The notes under the pieces are model-generated. The model was not told the origin of the DNA, searched no databases, and was given only the letters and a program-made list of their open reading frames with translations. Positions 9,532 to 19,122 of a stretch of DNA of 64,000 nt are shown here, one piece after another. The stretch spans positions 3,161-67,160 of the forward strand of contig DLMY01000009.1 in the NCBI GenBank assembly GCA_002478275.1, given 5' to 3'. Source of the stretch: Actinobacteria bacterium UBA7524 (GTDB taxonomy: Bacteria > Actinomycetota > Coriobacteriia > Anaerosomatales > UBA912). Numbering within the stretch: position 1 is the stretch's first letter; the number at the start of each line of letters is the position of its first letter. The translations under genes were made by a program, and so were the position numbers.

Positions 9532-11013
9532 ATGGCCATCACGCCTGAAACGAGAGTCCACGACCTCATCGAGCACCACCCCTACCTTCTCGACTTCCTG
9601 GCCCGCTACAACACCGCGTACGAGAAGCTCAGAAACCCGGTCGTGTACAACACCGTCGGCCGTCTCGCCACACTCCGGGCAGCGGCCGAACTCGGCGATG
9701 TCGCGGTCGAGGACCTGATAGAGGCGATCGAACGCGAGATGGCGATGCACCGCATACACGCAGAGCCAGCGGTTGGAGCTGATACGGATGACACGGAGCC
9801 GGATACCACCCGCGCACAACGCCTGGAGAAGCTGAAGGAGATCATCGGATCGCTTCACGACGGTGCAAGCGTCGAAGACGTGAAGGCCGAGTTCGATCAC
9901 CTCGTGAGCGACGTCGACGCCTTCGAGATCGCAGCGATGGAGCAAGCGCTGATCGCCGAGGGTATGCCCGCCGAGGAGGTCCAGCGACTGTGCGACGTAC
10001 ACGTCGCGGTGTTCAGGGAGTCGCTTGATGCATCTCCCGAAGCACCTGCCCTGCCGCAGGGTCATCCCGTCGAGTCGTACCGCCGCGAGAACGAGCAGGC
10101 CAGGCGTATCGTCACGAGCGTGCGCTCATCGCTAGATGAGCTGGAGAAGGCACCCGCCGGTGAGGCGGGTCCCCTGTTCGAGCGGATCGCTTCTCAGATC
10201 GAAGATCTCCTCGGCGGGCTGAGTACGCACTACATCCGAAAGGAGAACCAGCTCTTCCCAGTACTCGAGCGTCATGGGATCGAAGGGCCCACGAAGGTGA
10301 TGTGGGGGCTGGACGACGAGATCAGGGACCGGCTGAAGTCGGATCTCGCCTCAGCACGCTCTCGTGACGCGGCGGGTCTGGCCGGCTCGTTGCCGGATAC
10401 CCTGCGCACGGTCGACGACATGATCTACAAGGAGGAGAAGATCCTGCTTCCGGCGGCGCTCGATGCGCTCTCGAACGAGGACTGGGACGAGATGGCGGCC
10501 GGCGACGGCGAGATCGGTTTCGCGTGGACCGAGACCTACGCACCCGGCGACGCGGCACGCACGCCCGAAGCAGGAACCGACACGGGTTCCCCCGCCGAAT
10601 ACCCGGATGAAGCCCTGCCGCTGACGACAGGGGCGCTTTCCCTGGAACAGGTCGACCTGATACTGCGCTCGCTTCCGATCGACGTGACGTTCGTCGATGA
10701 GACCGGGCGCGTGCGGTACTACTCGGAAGGCGAGCGCGTCTTCCCCCGCAGCCCGGCGGTGATCGGCCGCGAGGTCCGCAACTGCCACCCGCCGAAAAGC
10801 GTCGCGGTCGTCGAACGGATCGTCGAGGAGTTCCGTGCCGGGAAGAAAGACACTGCGGAGTTCTGGATCGAGCTGGGCGATCGCTTCGTCCATATCCGCT
10901 ACTTCGCACTGCGCGACGGCGATGGCGCCTACCGGGGAGTGCTCGAAGTCTCGCAGGACGTCACCGGCATCCGGGCATTGGAGGGTGAACGAAGGCTGCT
11001 CGACTGGGACTGA
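9532..11013 (+). CDS. DUF438 protein (DUF1858 + DUF438 + hemerythrin + PAS)
   Basis: EQALIAEGMPAEEVQRLCDVH, GHPV, HYIRKENQLFP, MIYKEEKIL, C-terminal PAS with NCHPPKS; AGGAGG RBS. Confidence 0.9.
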   Translation: MAITPETRVHDLIEHHPYLLDFLARYNTAYEKLRNPVVYNTVGRLATLRAAAELGDVAVEDLIEAIEREMAMHRIHAEPAVGADTDDTEPDTTRAQRLEKLKEIIGSLHDGASVEDVKAEFDHLVSDVDAFEIAAMEQALIAEGMPAEEVQRLCDVHVAVFRESLDASPEAPALPQGHPVESYRRENEQARRIVTSVRSSLDELEKAPAGEAGPLFERIASQIEDLLGGLSTHYIRKENQLFPVLERHGIEGPTKVMWGLDDEIRDRLKSDLASARSRDAAGLAGSLPDTLRTVDDMIYKEEKILLPAALDALSNEDWDEMAAGDGEIGFAWTETYAPGDAARTPEAGTDTGSPAEYPDEALPLTTGALSLEQVDLILRSLPIDVTFVDETGRVRYYSEGERVFPRSPAVIGREVRNCHPPKSVAVVERIVEEFRAGKKDTAEFWIELGDRFVHIRYFALRDGDGAYRGVLEVSQDVTGIRALEGERRLLDWD

Positions 11014-11049
11014 AAGTCGCCCGGGATCGCGCTGCGCTAACATGGTCCT

Positions 11050-11439
11050 ATGCCTCAGGAACTCATATGGCCTTCGGTCGTCATGTCGCTCGCGTTCGCG
11101 TTCTACAGCGCGGGAGTCTGGGGTGAGCGGATATCACGGGACTTGAGGCTCTGGCACGTCAGCGCGTTCTGGCTCGGCCTTGCGGCAGACACCTACGGCA
11201 CGGGGCTGATGAACATGATGCGTGCCGCGGGCACCGAGCCCGACGTGGTGCACAGCATCACCGGACTCGCGGCCTTCGGTCTGATGGCTTTGCACGCCAC
11301 GTGGGCGACCTGGGTCCTCGCGCGAGGCACGCCTCAGGCACGACAAGGATTCCACCGCTACAGCCTGGTGGTATGGCTGATCTGGCTCATCCCTTACGTC
11401 GGCGGGATGGTAGCCGGGATGCAGCGCGGCCTCAACTGA
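11050..11439 (+). CDS. HsmA/TIGR03987-family 4-TM membrane protein
   Basis: FYSAGVWGER, FWLGL..D..GT..M, HSITG, MALHATWA, FHRYSLVVWLIWLIPY. Confidence 0.8.
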   Translation: MPQELIWPSVVMSLAFAFYSAGVWGERISRDLRLWHVSAFWLGLAADTYGTGLMNMMRAAGTEPDVVHSITGLAAFGLMALHATWATWVLARGTPQARQGFHRYSLVVWLIWLIPYVGGMVAGMQRGLN

Positions 11440-11475
11440 TACCGGCCTAGGGTCGGCACACAGGAAACGGCCCGG

Positions 11476-11934
11476 TCAGTCCTTGCCCCGGTGCATGATC
11501 TGCGTCATCGCCCTGAGCTTGCCCACGTGCTGCTGGCGCAACCTGGCGACCTCGTCCTTGCGTGCCGGGTCGAGCATGGCTTCGACATAGTCCGCAAGCT
11601 CGGAGGGCCGAAACGGCTTGGTCAGGTACTCACGCCCACCGCCCTCCTCAAGCGTGTGGAGCTGGTCGTCGAGATCGCCGATGGCCGAAAGGAAGACCAG
11701 AGGGATGTGCTTCGTCGCGGGGTCCTCCGCCAACCGGCGCGCGACCTCCCGCCCGTCCATCTTCGGCATCATGATGTCGCACACGATCAGGTCCGGTTTC
11801 TCGCTGCGCACCTTGCTGAGCGCCTCTTCACCATCGTACGCCGTGACCACCTCGTATCCGCGGGCGGTCAGCGCCGTCGTCACAAGCTTGACGATGGACG
11901 GTTCGTCGTCGACGGCGAGGATCTTCTTGGCCAT
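11476..11934 (-). CDS. Single-domain response regulator with C-terminal helix
   Basis: AVDDE, CDIMMP, FLSA, YLTKPF. Confidence 0.9.
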   Translation of the reverse strand: MAKKILAVDDEPSIVKLVTTALTARGYEVVTAYDGEEALSKVRSEKPDLIVCDIMMPKMDGREVARRLAEDPATKHIPLVFLSAIGDLDDQLHTLEEGGGREYLTKPFRPSELADYVEAMLDPARKDEVARLRQQHVGKLRAMTQIMHRGKD

Positions 11935-11935
11935 G

Positions 11936-12319
11936 TCACTCTGCTCCTTCCATGTCCTCGCCCAGGATCTCCGCGATGTTGCGAACGAGAACCTTTGGCG
12001 TGAACGGCTTACAGATGTACTTCAGCGCTCCCCGGCGCAGCCCTTCTTCTTGCTCGTACTCCTGACTCTTCGCCGACACCATGACGACGGGTATGTCTGC
12101 GGTCTGTGGGTCGGCCTTCAGCCGTTCAAGCGCCTCGAGACCGGTCATGAGCGGCATCATCACGTCCATGAGTATCAGGTCAGGGTGATGCTTCTTGGCC
12201 AGGTCGATACCCACGAATGCGTCGGGTGCCTCATAGATCTCGTGTCCCGCGTTGGAGAGCGAGAACGAAACCAGTCTCAGGATGTGCGGCTCGTCATCTA
12301 CGACAAGCAGACGTGCCAT
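11936..12319 (-). CDS. Single-domain response regulator
   Basis: VVDDE, MDVMMP, VSAK, CKPF; start set at MARLL. Confidence 0.9.
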   Translation of the reverse strand: MARLLVVDDEPHILRLVSFSLSNAGHEIYEAPDAFVGIDLAKKHHPDLILMDVMMPLMTGLEALERLKADPQTADIPVVMVSAKSQEYEQEEGLRRGALKYICKPFTPKVLVRNIAEILGEDMEGAE

Positions 12320-12320
12320 C

Positions 12321-14657
12321 TCAGCCGACCCCTCTCGAGATGAGTTCCTCGACACGCTCGGCGAGCTTCTCAGGTGAGAACGGCTTGGTCAGGTGCTCCG
12401 AGGCCATCTCGAGGATGTCGACTTTGTCGCGGTCTATCCGGTGCGCCGTCATCACCACGATGGGTATGTGCGAGGTAGCCTCGACACCTTTCAGCTCACG
12501 GATGACCTGATAGCCGTCCATCACAGGCATACGCAGGTCCAGCAACACGAGGTCGGGGTGGCGTTTCGCGACGGCCGCCATGGCTTCGGCGCCGTCGTAC
12601 GCACCCACCACCGCGAACCCACGGCGTTTGAGCATCTCGGAGAGCGCGCCGACTATCGCGCGGTCGTCATCGACGACGAGAGCGACGGGCGAAGCGACCT
12701 GACCGACCAGGGAGTCGACGATCCTGCTCAACCGCTTCTGGTCGATCGGCTTCTCCAGATAGTCGGCCGCACCCAGACGCAGAGACTTTCCCTCGTCACA
12801 GACGATCGACAGGACCAGCACCGGTATCCCGGAGGTCTTCTCGTTGTCCTTGAGCCACTGGAGCAGGTCGAAACCGTCCATGTCGTCGAGCATGACGTCG
12901 AGCGTGATCAGCGAGGGCTCGAGCTCCACCGCCCGTTCGTAGGCCTCCGAGGCGGTGTGGCACTTGTGGACCTCGTAGCCGCGCTTGACCAGGAAGGTCT
13001 CGATCAGGTCCGCGATCTCGGGGTCACGGTCTACCACGAGCACCTTCCCGCCCGCCACTGCGGGACCTTCGAGAGCGGGAGTGCGCACGAGGTCATGGGC
13101 GACCGGAAGGGTGAACCAGAAGGTGCTCCCCTCGCCCTCCACACTTCGCGCACCCACTTCTCCGCCGAGGAGTTCCACGACGCTCTTGCAGATCGAAAGC
13201 CCCAGCCCGGTACCGCCGATCTCGCGCGTGAGCGTGGAGTCCACCCTGTAGAATTTGGAGAACAGCTTCTCCTGGTCCTCCTCGGAGATCCCGATACCTG
13301 TGTCGCTGACCTCGACGAGCACCCGGCCGTCATCGTGGGTGACCGCAACATGCGCCTTGCCGCCTCCGGGGGAGTACTTGATGGCGTTGCTCACGAAGTT
13401 CATGAGCACTTGCCCCACCCGGTCCCTGTCCCCGGCCGCCCTGGGCAGGTCCTCTTGCACGTCCCAACTCAACTCAACGTCGGACGAATCCGCCATCGTC
13501 CGGAACGTCTCCATGACACCCTGCACGATCTCGTCCATCTCCAAGGGCTCGATCCTCAGGTGGACCCGGCCCGACTCCATGCGCGAGATGTCGAGCAGGT
13601 CGTTGACGAGCGAGACGAGGCGGTCCGAGTTCTCCTGCACGATCTGGAGGAACTCACGTTGAATCTCGTTGATCTCCCCCGCCTCCCCATCGACGACGAG
13701 GTCTACGTAGCCTTTGATCGACGTGAGCGGCGTGCGCAGCTCGTGACTGACCATCGAGACGAACTCGTTCTTCATGACGGCTATCTCGCGTTCGGCGGTC
13801 ACGTCATGGAGCGTCGATACGCAGCCGAGGTAGCGGCCACACCGGTCGGTCACCGCATTGGTGCGAACGGCAAGGATCCTGTGCTCGGGTTCCGAGAGCT
13901 CGACCTCCTGAGCGCCCGATATCCCCAGCTCACCCAGGAGTGGCGAGCTGGCCGCATAGACCTCGCACGCCAGACAGCGCTCACGCTTCGTCAGGTAGCT
14001 CGCCGGCTTGCCGTCCGGGCCCGGAGTCCCGCACCTGAGCCAGCACCGCAGGTCGTCCGAGCCGTACGCGGGGCATTCGAGCCTCGTGCACTCGAGCATC
14101 TCCCAACAGGGAACGGCTTCCTCGGCATGTGGCGTCTCCATGCCGAGGAGTTCGTGAAGCGGCATCCTGCGTCCGACCGCTTCTCCTTCGCCCATGCCGA
14201 GCATCTCGCAGGCTGCGGGGTTCATATACGTCACGCGGGAATCGGGCGCGAATACGACGAGGCCGTCACTGGCGCCTTTGAGGATGGCGAGCCCCTTCTC
14301 CTGCTGCGCCATCAACTCCGTGTCGTCCCTGATCACAACCGCCACGCCCCGGCCGGAGGCGTCCTCGAACGGGACGAACTTGCAGCTGAGGATGTACTCT
14401 CTCGTCTCGACGACCAGCGGTTCGGCGCTGCCGCCTTCGAGCACGGCTGACGCTGCTGCCGCGATGGAGTCGATACCGAGAACGCTCAGGTCATTGTCGC
14501 GCGCTGAAGCTCTCTCTACCCCGAAGAACCGTTCGGCGGTCTCGTTGAAGATGCGGATATGCCCGTCCGCGCCCAGGACGATGAACCCCTCGCCGGTCTG
14601 GGCCATCAGGGCCCGTACGTGCATCCCCTTGCGTCTATCGTGCTCGCTGGACTCCAC
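12321..14657 (-). CDS. Cytoplasmic hybrid histidine kinase (PAS-PAS with two-CW insert, HisKA, HATPase, two REC)
   Basis: SHELRTPL, NAIKY, DTGIG, GGTGLGL; two C-terminal receivers (LDVML, LDLRMP); no TM segment. Confidence 0.92.
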   Translation of the reverse strand: MESSEHDRRKGMHVRALMAQTGEGFIVLGADGHIRIFNETAERFFGVERASARDNDLSVLGIDSIAAAASAVLEGGSAEPLVVETREYILSCKFVPFEDASGRGVAVVIRDDTELMAQQEKGLAILKGASDGLVVFAPDSRVTYMNPAACEMLGMGEGEAVGRRMPLHELLGMETPHAEEAVPCWEMLECTRLECPAYGSDDLRCWLRCGTPGPDGKPASYLTKRERCLACEVYAASSPLLGELGISGAQEVELSEPEHRILAVRTNAVTDRCGRYLGCVSTLHDVTAEREIAVMKNEFVSMVSHELRTPLTSIKGYVDLVVDGEAGEINEIQREFLQIVQENSDRLVSLVNDLLDISRMESGRVHLRIEPLEMDEIVQGVMETFRTMADSSDVELSWDVQEDLPRAAGDRDRVGQVLMNFVSNAIKYSPGGGKAHVAVTHDDGRVLVEVSDTGIGISEEDQEKLFSKFYRVDSTLTREIGGTGLGLSICKSVVELLGGEVGARSVEGEGSTFWFTLPVAHDLVRTPALEGPAVAGGKVLVVDRDPEIADLIETFLVKRGYEVHKCHTASEAYERAVELEPSLITLDVMLDDMDGFDLLQWLKDNEKTSGIPVLVLSIVCDEGKSLRLGAADYLEKPIDQKRLSRIVDSLVGQVASPVALVVDDDRAIVGALSEMLKRRGFAVVGAYDGAEAMAAVAKRHPDLVLLDLRMPVMDGYQVIRELKGVEATSHIPIVVMTAHRIDRDKVDILEMASEHLTKPFSPEKLAERVEELISRGVG

Positions 14658-14867
14658 TTCGACCCCCTGTGCGCCGCCGGCAACGATATCTCTTGTCGTT
14701 TTGTTTCCTTTCTACACCGATTCGCGTTAACCTGCATGAAGACGGCTGTGAAGCGAGACGGCATCCCCACAATTGGGCATCACATAGCCGAGGGTTCTGA
14801 ATACACGGTCGAACGCCGGGGGGCGTTGCACGAAGGGGCGAATCCCGAAAAGGGGCTGATCGGGACG

Positions 14868-15239
14868 ATGGAACGAAAGACCGTACTCGTTGCTGATGAC
14901 AACAAGTTCATCAGGATGCTCGTGCTCGCAGCGCTGAGACCTTTGGAGATCGACATCCTTGAGGCGACCGATGGCCAAGAGGCGCTCGATGCCGCTTGTG
15001 AGCATGCTCCCGACCTCATCCTGCTCGATGTCGTCATGCCGCACATGAGCGGATTCGATGTGCTCGAGGCCCTACGCTCCGATGCCGCCACGGCAGACTA
15101 CCCGGTCGCGATGCTCACGACGGCCGCCAGCGAGCAGGACCGCGCCCTGGGCGCGCAACATCACGTCGCAAGCTACATCGTCAAGCCGTTCGACAAAGAC
15201 GAGCTGCGCGGCACGGTCGCAGGTCTGCTCGGCCTGTAA
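14868..15239 (+). CDS. Single-domain (CheY-like) response regulator
   Basis: VADDN, LDVVMP, MLTT, VKPF; divergent from the kinase. Confidence 0.88.
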   Translation: MERKTVLVADDNKFIRMLVLAALRPLEIDILEATDGQEALDAACEHAPDLILLDVVMPHMSGFDVLEALRSDAATADYPVAMLTTAASEQDRALGAQHHVASYIVKPFDKDELRGTVAGLLGL

Positions 15240-15288
15240 GCGAGAAGGGTCCCGAACCCACGGACAACGCGTACCGGACCCGTCGGCC

Positions 15289-16581
15289 TTAAGCGACACT
15301 CCGGAGTTCCTCGGCACGCACGGCCAGAAGCGGGCTCGGCGGTTTGGTGGCGAAAGTGAGCCCTGCAGCGATGAGACACAAGCCGGCGGCGATCGCGTAG
15401 GCAAGCGCGTATGCGCCCATCGAATCCACGATCGAACCGGCCACCATCGAGCCGAACACGCCACCGACACCCCATGCAGTGAAGACGAGACCGTAGTTCA
15501 CGCCCAGGTGGGTAGTCCCGAAGTACCCGGCCGTGGTCGACGGGAACAACGAGAGGTTCGCCCCGTAACAGAAGCCTATCGCTGCGGCGACGGGCACGAG
15601 CGCCAATGTGGTGTTCGAGACAGCCAGCGCACCCATCATGACCGCCTGGAGGACGAAGACCGCGAACATGGTGCGGATGCCGCCGATGCGGTCCGAGGCC
15701 AGACCAGCCACCACGCGGCCTGCCGCGTTGCCGATAGCGAGCACGGCCACGAGCAGGAAGCCCAGATTGACCGTCGGCATCTGCAGCGCTGCGATCTTAG
15801 CCATATGGCCGATGATCATGAGTCCCGCGAAAGCCGAGAACGCGTACATGAACCAAAGGAGCGCGAACTGTTTCGTGCGCACCATGTCGCGCCAGTCGAA
15901 GTCACGGGTCTCAGGCTCGAGGTCGGAAACGCGCGCGGCAGCCCCGACACTGCGGGCCACAGGCGCCGGCACCGCCGTGAGCCCGGCAGGCACATAGCCA
16001 GCCGGAGGATTCATGAGCAGCTGAGAGAGACCGACACACGTGACAAGGAACGCCCCGCCCAGGATCCTGAAGGTACCGGAAACGCCATACTCGCCAAGGA
16101 GCCATGTCGTGAGCGGCGCGATATACACGCTTGCCAGGCCGAACCCGCTGACGACGAGTCCGGTGATCAACCCCTTGCGCGCGGGCGGGAACCACTTGAC
16201 TGCGGCCGGCGTAGCAGCGGCATAGCCGAGCCCGATCCCGGCACCGGCCAGGACCCCGAATCCGACGACGATCGGAAGAGCGTTGTCCGCGGTCCCCACA
16301 CTGGACACGAGCATGCCGCCGCCCGTGAACAACCCACCGAGCGTGGCGACGACTCTGGGGCCGAAACGGTCCTGCGCGCGACCCGCGAAGACCATCGAGA
16401 GCGCGAAGACGCCCACGGCGATGGCGTAGGGCAAGCTTGCCTGTCCGGCGCTCCAGCCCCAGTCGCCCGTAAGCGTCTTGGCGATCACGCTCCAGGCATA
16501 CAGCACGCCGAGCGCAAGATTGATCCCTATTCCGGCAAGCGTGACTATCCAGCCACGCCGCATAGCGGCATCCCGTGTCAT
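15289..16581 (-). CDS. OFA-family (YhjX/OxlT-like) MFS transporter
   Basis: GVLYAWS, GRAQDRFGPR, KWFP..KGLITG, GVNYGLVFTAWGVGG; GGAGG RBS before ATG 16581. Confidence 0.92.
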   Translation of the reverse strand: MTRDAAMRRGWIVTLAGIGINLALGVLYAWSVIAKTLTGDWGWSAGQASLPYAIAVGVFALSMVFAGRAQDRFGPRVVATLGGLFTGGGMLVSSVGTADNALPIVVGFGVLAGAGIGLGYAAATPAAVKWFPPARKGLITGLVVSGFGLASVYIAPLTTWLLGEYGVSGTFRILGGAFLVTCVGLSQLLMNPPAGYVPAGLTAVPAPVARSVGAAARVSDLEPETRDFDWRDMVRTKQFALLWFMYAFSAFAGLMIIGHMAKIAALQMPTVNLGFLLVAVLAIGNAAGRVVAGLASDRIGGIRTMFAVFVLQAVMMGALAVSNTTLALVPVAAAIGFCYGANLSLFPSTTAGYFGTTHLGVNYGLVFTAWGVGGVFGSMVAGSIVDSMGAYALAYAIAAGLCLIAAGLTFATKPPSPLLAVRAEELRSVA

Positions 16582-16711
16582 AACGTCGTCCCTCCGCCGG
16601 CACGGTCGAATATGGACGAGCGGCTCGAGCCTACCCCCAGACCCGATGGCGCCACTCGTTAACACAATCACTCATTATGCCGCGTATCCGGTTGTGAAAC
16701 CGGGCGATCAG

Positions 16712-16740
16712 GCGAGCGGCGTCAGATCATCCGTAAGCGG
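16712..16740 (-). promoter_or_regulatory. LytTR-type direct repeat CCGCTTAC-N13-CCGCTCGC upstream of the OFA transporter
   Basis: 21-bp period on the - strand, upstream of a CATAAT -10 at 16674-16679. Confidence 0.55.
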
Positions 16741-16828
16741 TGCTAACGATTCGAATCGAGAATATCGGGTACTCACTATACACCGGCGCGACTACGTCGG
16801 ATGGCTCACGCGTTGAAAGGGGACAGTC

Positions 16829-18148
16829 ATGAGGATACGAAGCTTCTTTGTGCTTCTCCTCGCCACAATGCTGGTCGCAACGACCTCATTAGGTTGTCGA
16901 CCCGCTGAGGAGGAAGAACCCGACGAGAACGGCGTCGCCGCGCTGGGTACCGTGACCGTGATGGGTGTGTGGGGAGGCGATGAACTCGCCGCATTCGAAG
17001 CAGTCGTCGCCGGATGGGAGGCTCAGACTGGCGGAACAGTCGACTTCGAATCGACCCGAGACCTCTCCGCCATCCTGCGCACGCGAGTTGCTGGCGGAAA
17101 CCCGCCGGACCTCGCGATCCTGCCTAACCCTGCACTGATGCAGGAGTTCGCCACCGCCGGGCACCTGGTGTCACTGAACGACGTCCTGGACATGAGCATG
17201 ATGCAGGCTGACTTCAGTGACGCCTGGATCGATCTGGGCAGCGTCGATGGCGAACTGGTCGGCGTGTTCGTGAAGGCCGCCACCAAGAGCACGATCTGGT
17301 ACAACCCGAAGGTGTTCGCCGACAAGGACTACGAGGTTCCCGCGACCTGGGATGAGCTGCTGAGCCTTTCCGACCAGATCGTAGCCGACGGCGGCACCCC
17401 GTGGTCTATCGGTATCGAGTCCGGTGGCGCCACTGGCTGGCCGGCCAGTGACTGGATCCAGGAGATCCATCTCGCAGAGTCCGGTCCGGAACTTCACGAC
17501 CAGTGGGTGAACCACGAGATCCCATGGACTCACGAATCGATCAGATCTGCCTTCGAGCGTTTCGGTGAGATCGCGCTCAACGAGGACTACGTGGTTGGCG
17601 GTGTCGACAACATACTCGCCACAGGCTTCGAGGACGCCTCCTACCTGCCCTTCGAAGATCCGCCCCGCGCGTACCTGTACGCCCTCGGCGGGTTCACCCA
17701 AGGCTTCATCGAAGCACAGTTCTCCGACCTCGTGGCGACCGAAGACTACGACTTCTTCAACTTCCCGGATATCGACCCCAGGTACGCTGGTTCGGCGACT
17801 GGCGGAGCGGATGTCGCGGTCATGTTCAACGACACTCCGGAAGCGCGATCGCTCATGGAGTACCTTGCGGACGGCGCCAACTGGGAATCGTGGGCCAGTG
17901 CGGGAGGCTACGCGTCACCCAGTACCGCGCTTCCCTTGAGCGCATACCCGGACGACTTGGCAGCCAAGGCGGCCGCCCAGCTCACCGAGTCCGAGATCTT
18001 CCGTTTTGATGCAGACGACCTGATGCCGGCCGAGGTACAGAGTGCGTACCTCACCGGGATCATAGACTACCTGCAAGACCCCGGGTCCCTTGATGACATC
18101 CTCGCACGGCTGGAAGCGGTCGCTGTGAACGCGTATTCAGCGCAGTAA
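16829..18148 (+). CDS. Sugar (alpha-glucoside-like) ABC transporter substrate-binding lipoprotein
   Basis: Lipobox SLGC; GNPPDLAILPNP, KSTIWYN, ESGGATGWPASDW, RFDADDLMP. Confidence 0.9.
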   Translation: MRIRSFFVLLLATMLVATTSLGCRPAEEEEPDENGVAALGTVTVMGVWGGDELAAFEAVVAGWEAQTGGTVDFESTRDLSAILRTRVAGGNPPDLAILPNPALMQEFATAGHLVSLNDVLDMSMMQADFSDAWIDLGSVDGELVGVFVKAATKSTIWYNPKVFADKDYEVPATWDELLSLSDQIVADGGTPWSIGIESGGATGWPASDWIQEIHLAESGPELHDQWVNHEIPWTHESIRSAFERFGEIALNEDYVVGGVDNILATGFEDASYLPFEDPPRAYLYALGGFTQGFIEAQFSDLVATEDYDFFNFPDIDPRYAGSATGGADVAVMFNDTPEARSLMEYLADGANWESWASAGGYASPSTALPLSAYPDDLAAKAAAQLTESEIFRFDADDLMPAEVQSAYLTGIIDYLQDPGSLDDILARLEAVAVNAYSAQ

Positions 18149-18174
18149 CGACACCGCCCACCGCGTACAGTGAT

Positions 18175-18203
18175 GGCGGGCGGTCCTCAATGGGCCGCCC
18201 GCT
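18175..18203 (+). other. GC-rich hairpin after the substrate-binding protein gene (mRNA stabiliser or attenuator)
   Basis: GGCGGGCGGTCC-tcaat-GGGCCGCCCGCT inverted repeat. Confidence 0.45.
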
Positions 18204-18252
18204 CCACATCAGCTGAACAGACTGCGACAGGCTCGTCGAGAGGCATCGACTG

Positions 18253-19122
18253 GTGAAGAAGAGGGCTCTGAGGATCGCAGCATCGCCATGGCTCTACCTT
18301 GCGCCCGCGCTCACCCTTCTCAGTGTCTTCCTGCTGTATCCGGTGACGAACACCATCTATCTCAGCTTCTTCGACCGCAGCTCAACGACGTTCGTCGGAA
18401 TCGACAACTACGTCTATCTGGCCAGTCATCCCGAAACCATCATCGTCCTACGCAACAACCTGATGTGGCTCGTGTTGTTCACTGGAACGACGGTCACGCT
18501 CGGATTACTGCTCGCTGTTCTGACCAACCAGGTGCGTTACGAGGCTGCTGCAAAGGCGATCGTGTTCGTTCCGATGGCAGTCTCCTTCACGGCGGCAGCG
18601 GTCATCTGGCGTTTCATGTACATCTACCAACCAGTGGAGTTCGCACAGACCGGCGTGGTCAACGCCCTCCTCGGCCTGGTCGGACTCGATCCGGTGGCCT
18701 GGATCACCAACAAGTCGGTCAACAACCTAGCGCTCATCGCTTCGGGTGTCTGGATGTGGACCGGCTTCGCACTCGTGGTCATATCCGCGGGTCTCAAGGG
18801 GATTCCCACCGAGGTGATCGAAGCTGCGCGCGTGGACGGCGCCAGTGAGACCCAGATATTCTGGTATGTCCTTCTCCCGATGCTGCGCTCAGTGGTGCTC
18901 GTCGTGGCGGTGACCCTTGTCATCAACTCACTGAAGGTCTTCGACCTTGTCTACGTCATGACATTCGGCAACTACGACACCGACGTACTGGCGAATCGAA
19001 TGTTCAAAGAGATGTTCACGTTCGGTAACTTCGGACGAGCCAGCGCCGTGGCCGTGGTGCTCCTGCTTGCCATCGTGCCGCTGATGCTCCTCAATATCCG
19101 ACGATTCAGACGGGAGCAGTGA
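18253..19122 (+). CDS. Carbohydrate ABC transporter permease
   Basis: EAARVDGA (EAA loop), KVFDLVYVMT. Confidence 0.93.
   Translation: MKKRALRIAASPWLYLAPALTLLSVFLLYPVTNTIYLSFFDRSSTTFVGIDNYVYLASHPETIIVLRNNLMWLVLFTGTTVTLGLLLAVLTNQVRYEAAAKAIVFVPMAVSFTAAAVIWRFMYIYQPVEFAQTGVVNALLGLVGLDPVAWITNKSVNNLALIASGVWMWTGFALVVISAGLKGIPTEVIEAARVDGASETQIFWYVLLPMLRSVVLVVAVTLVINSLKVFDLVYVMTFGNYDTDVLANRMFKEMFTFGNFGRASAVAVVLLLAIVPLMLLNIRRFRREQ

Noticed and set aside
14790-14867. Resemblance to the c-di-AMP (ydaO) riboswitch (CTGAAT...GGGGG...GGGGCGAATC)
   Set aside because: The conserved 3' block (CCCGAAnCCGUCAGCUAAC) is absent and the start codon follows immediately.
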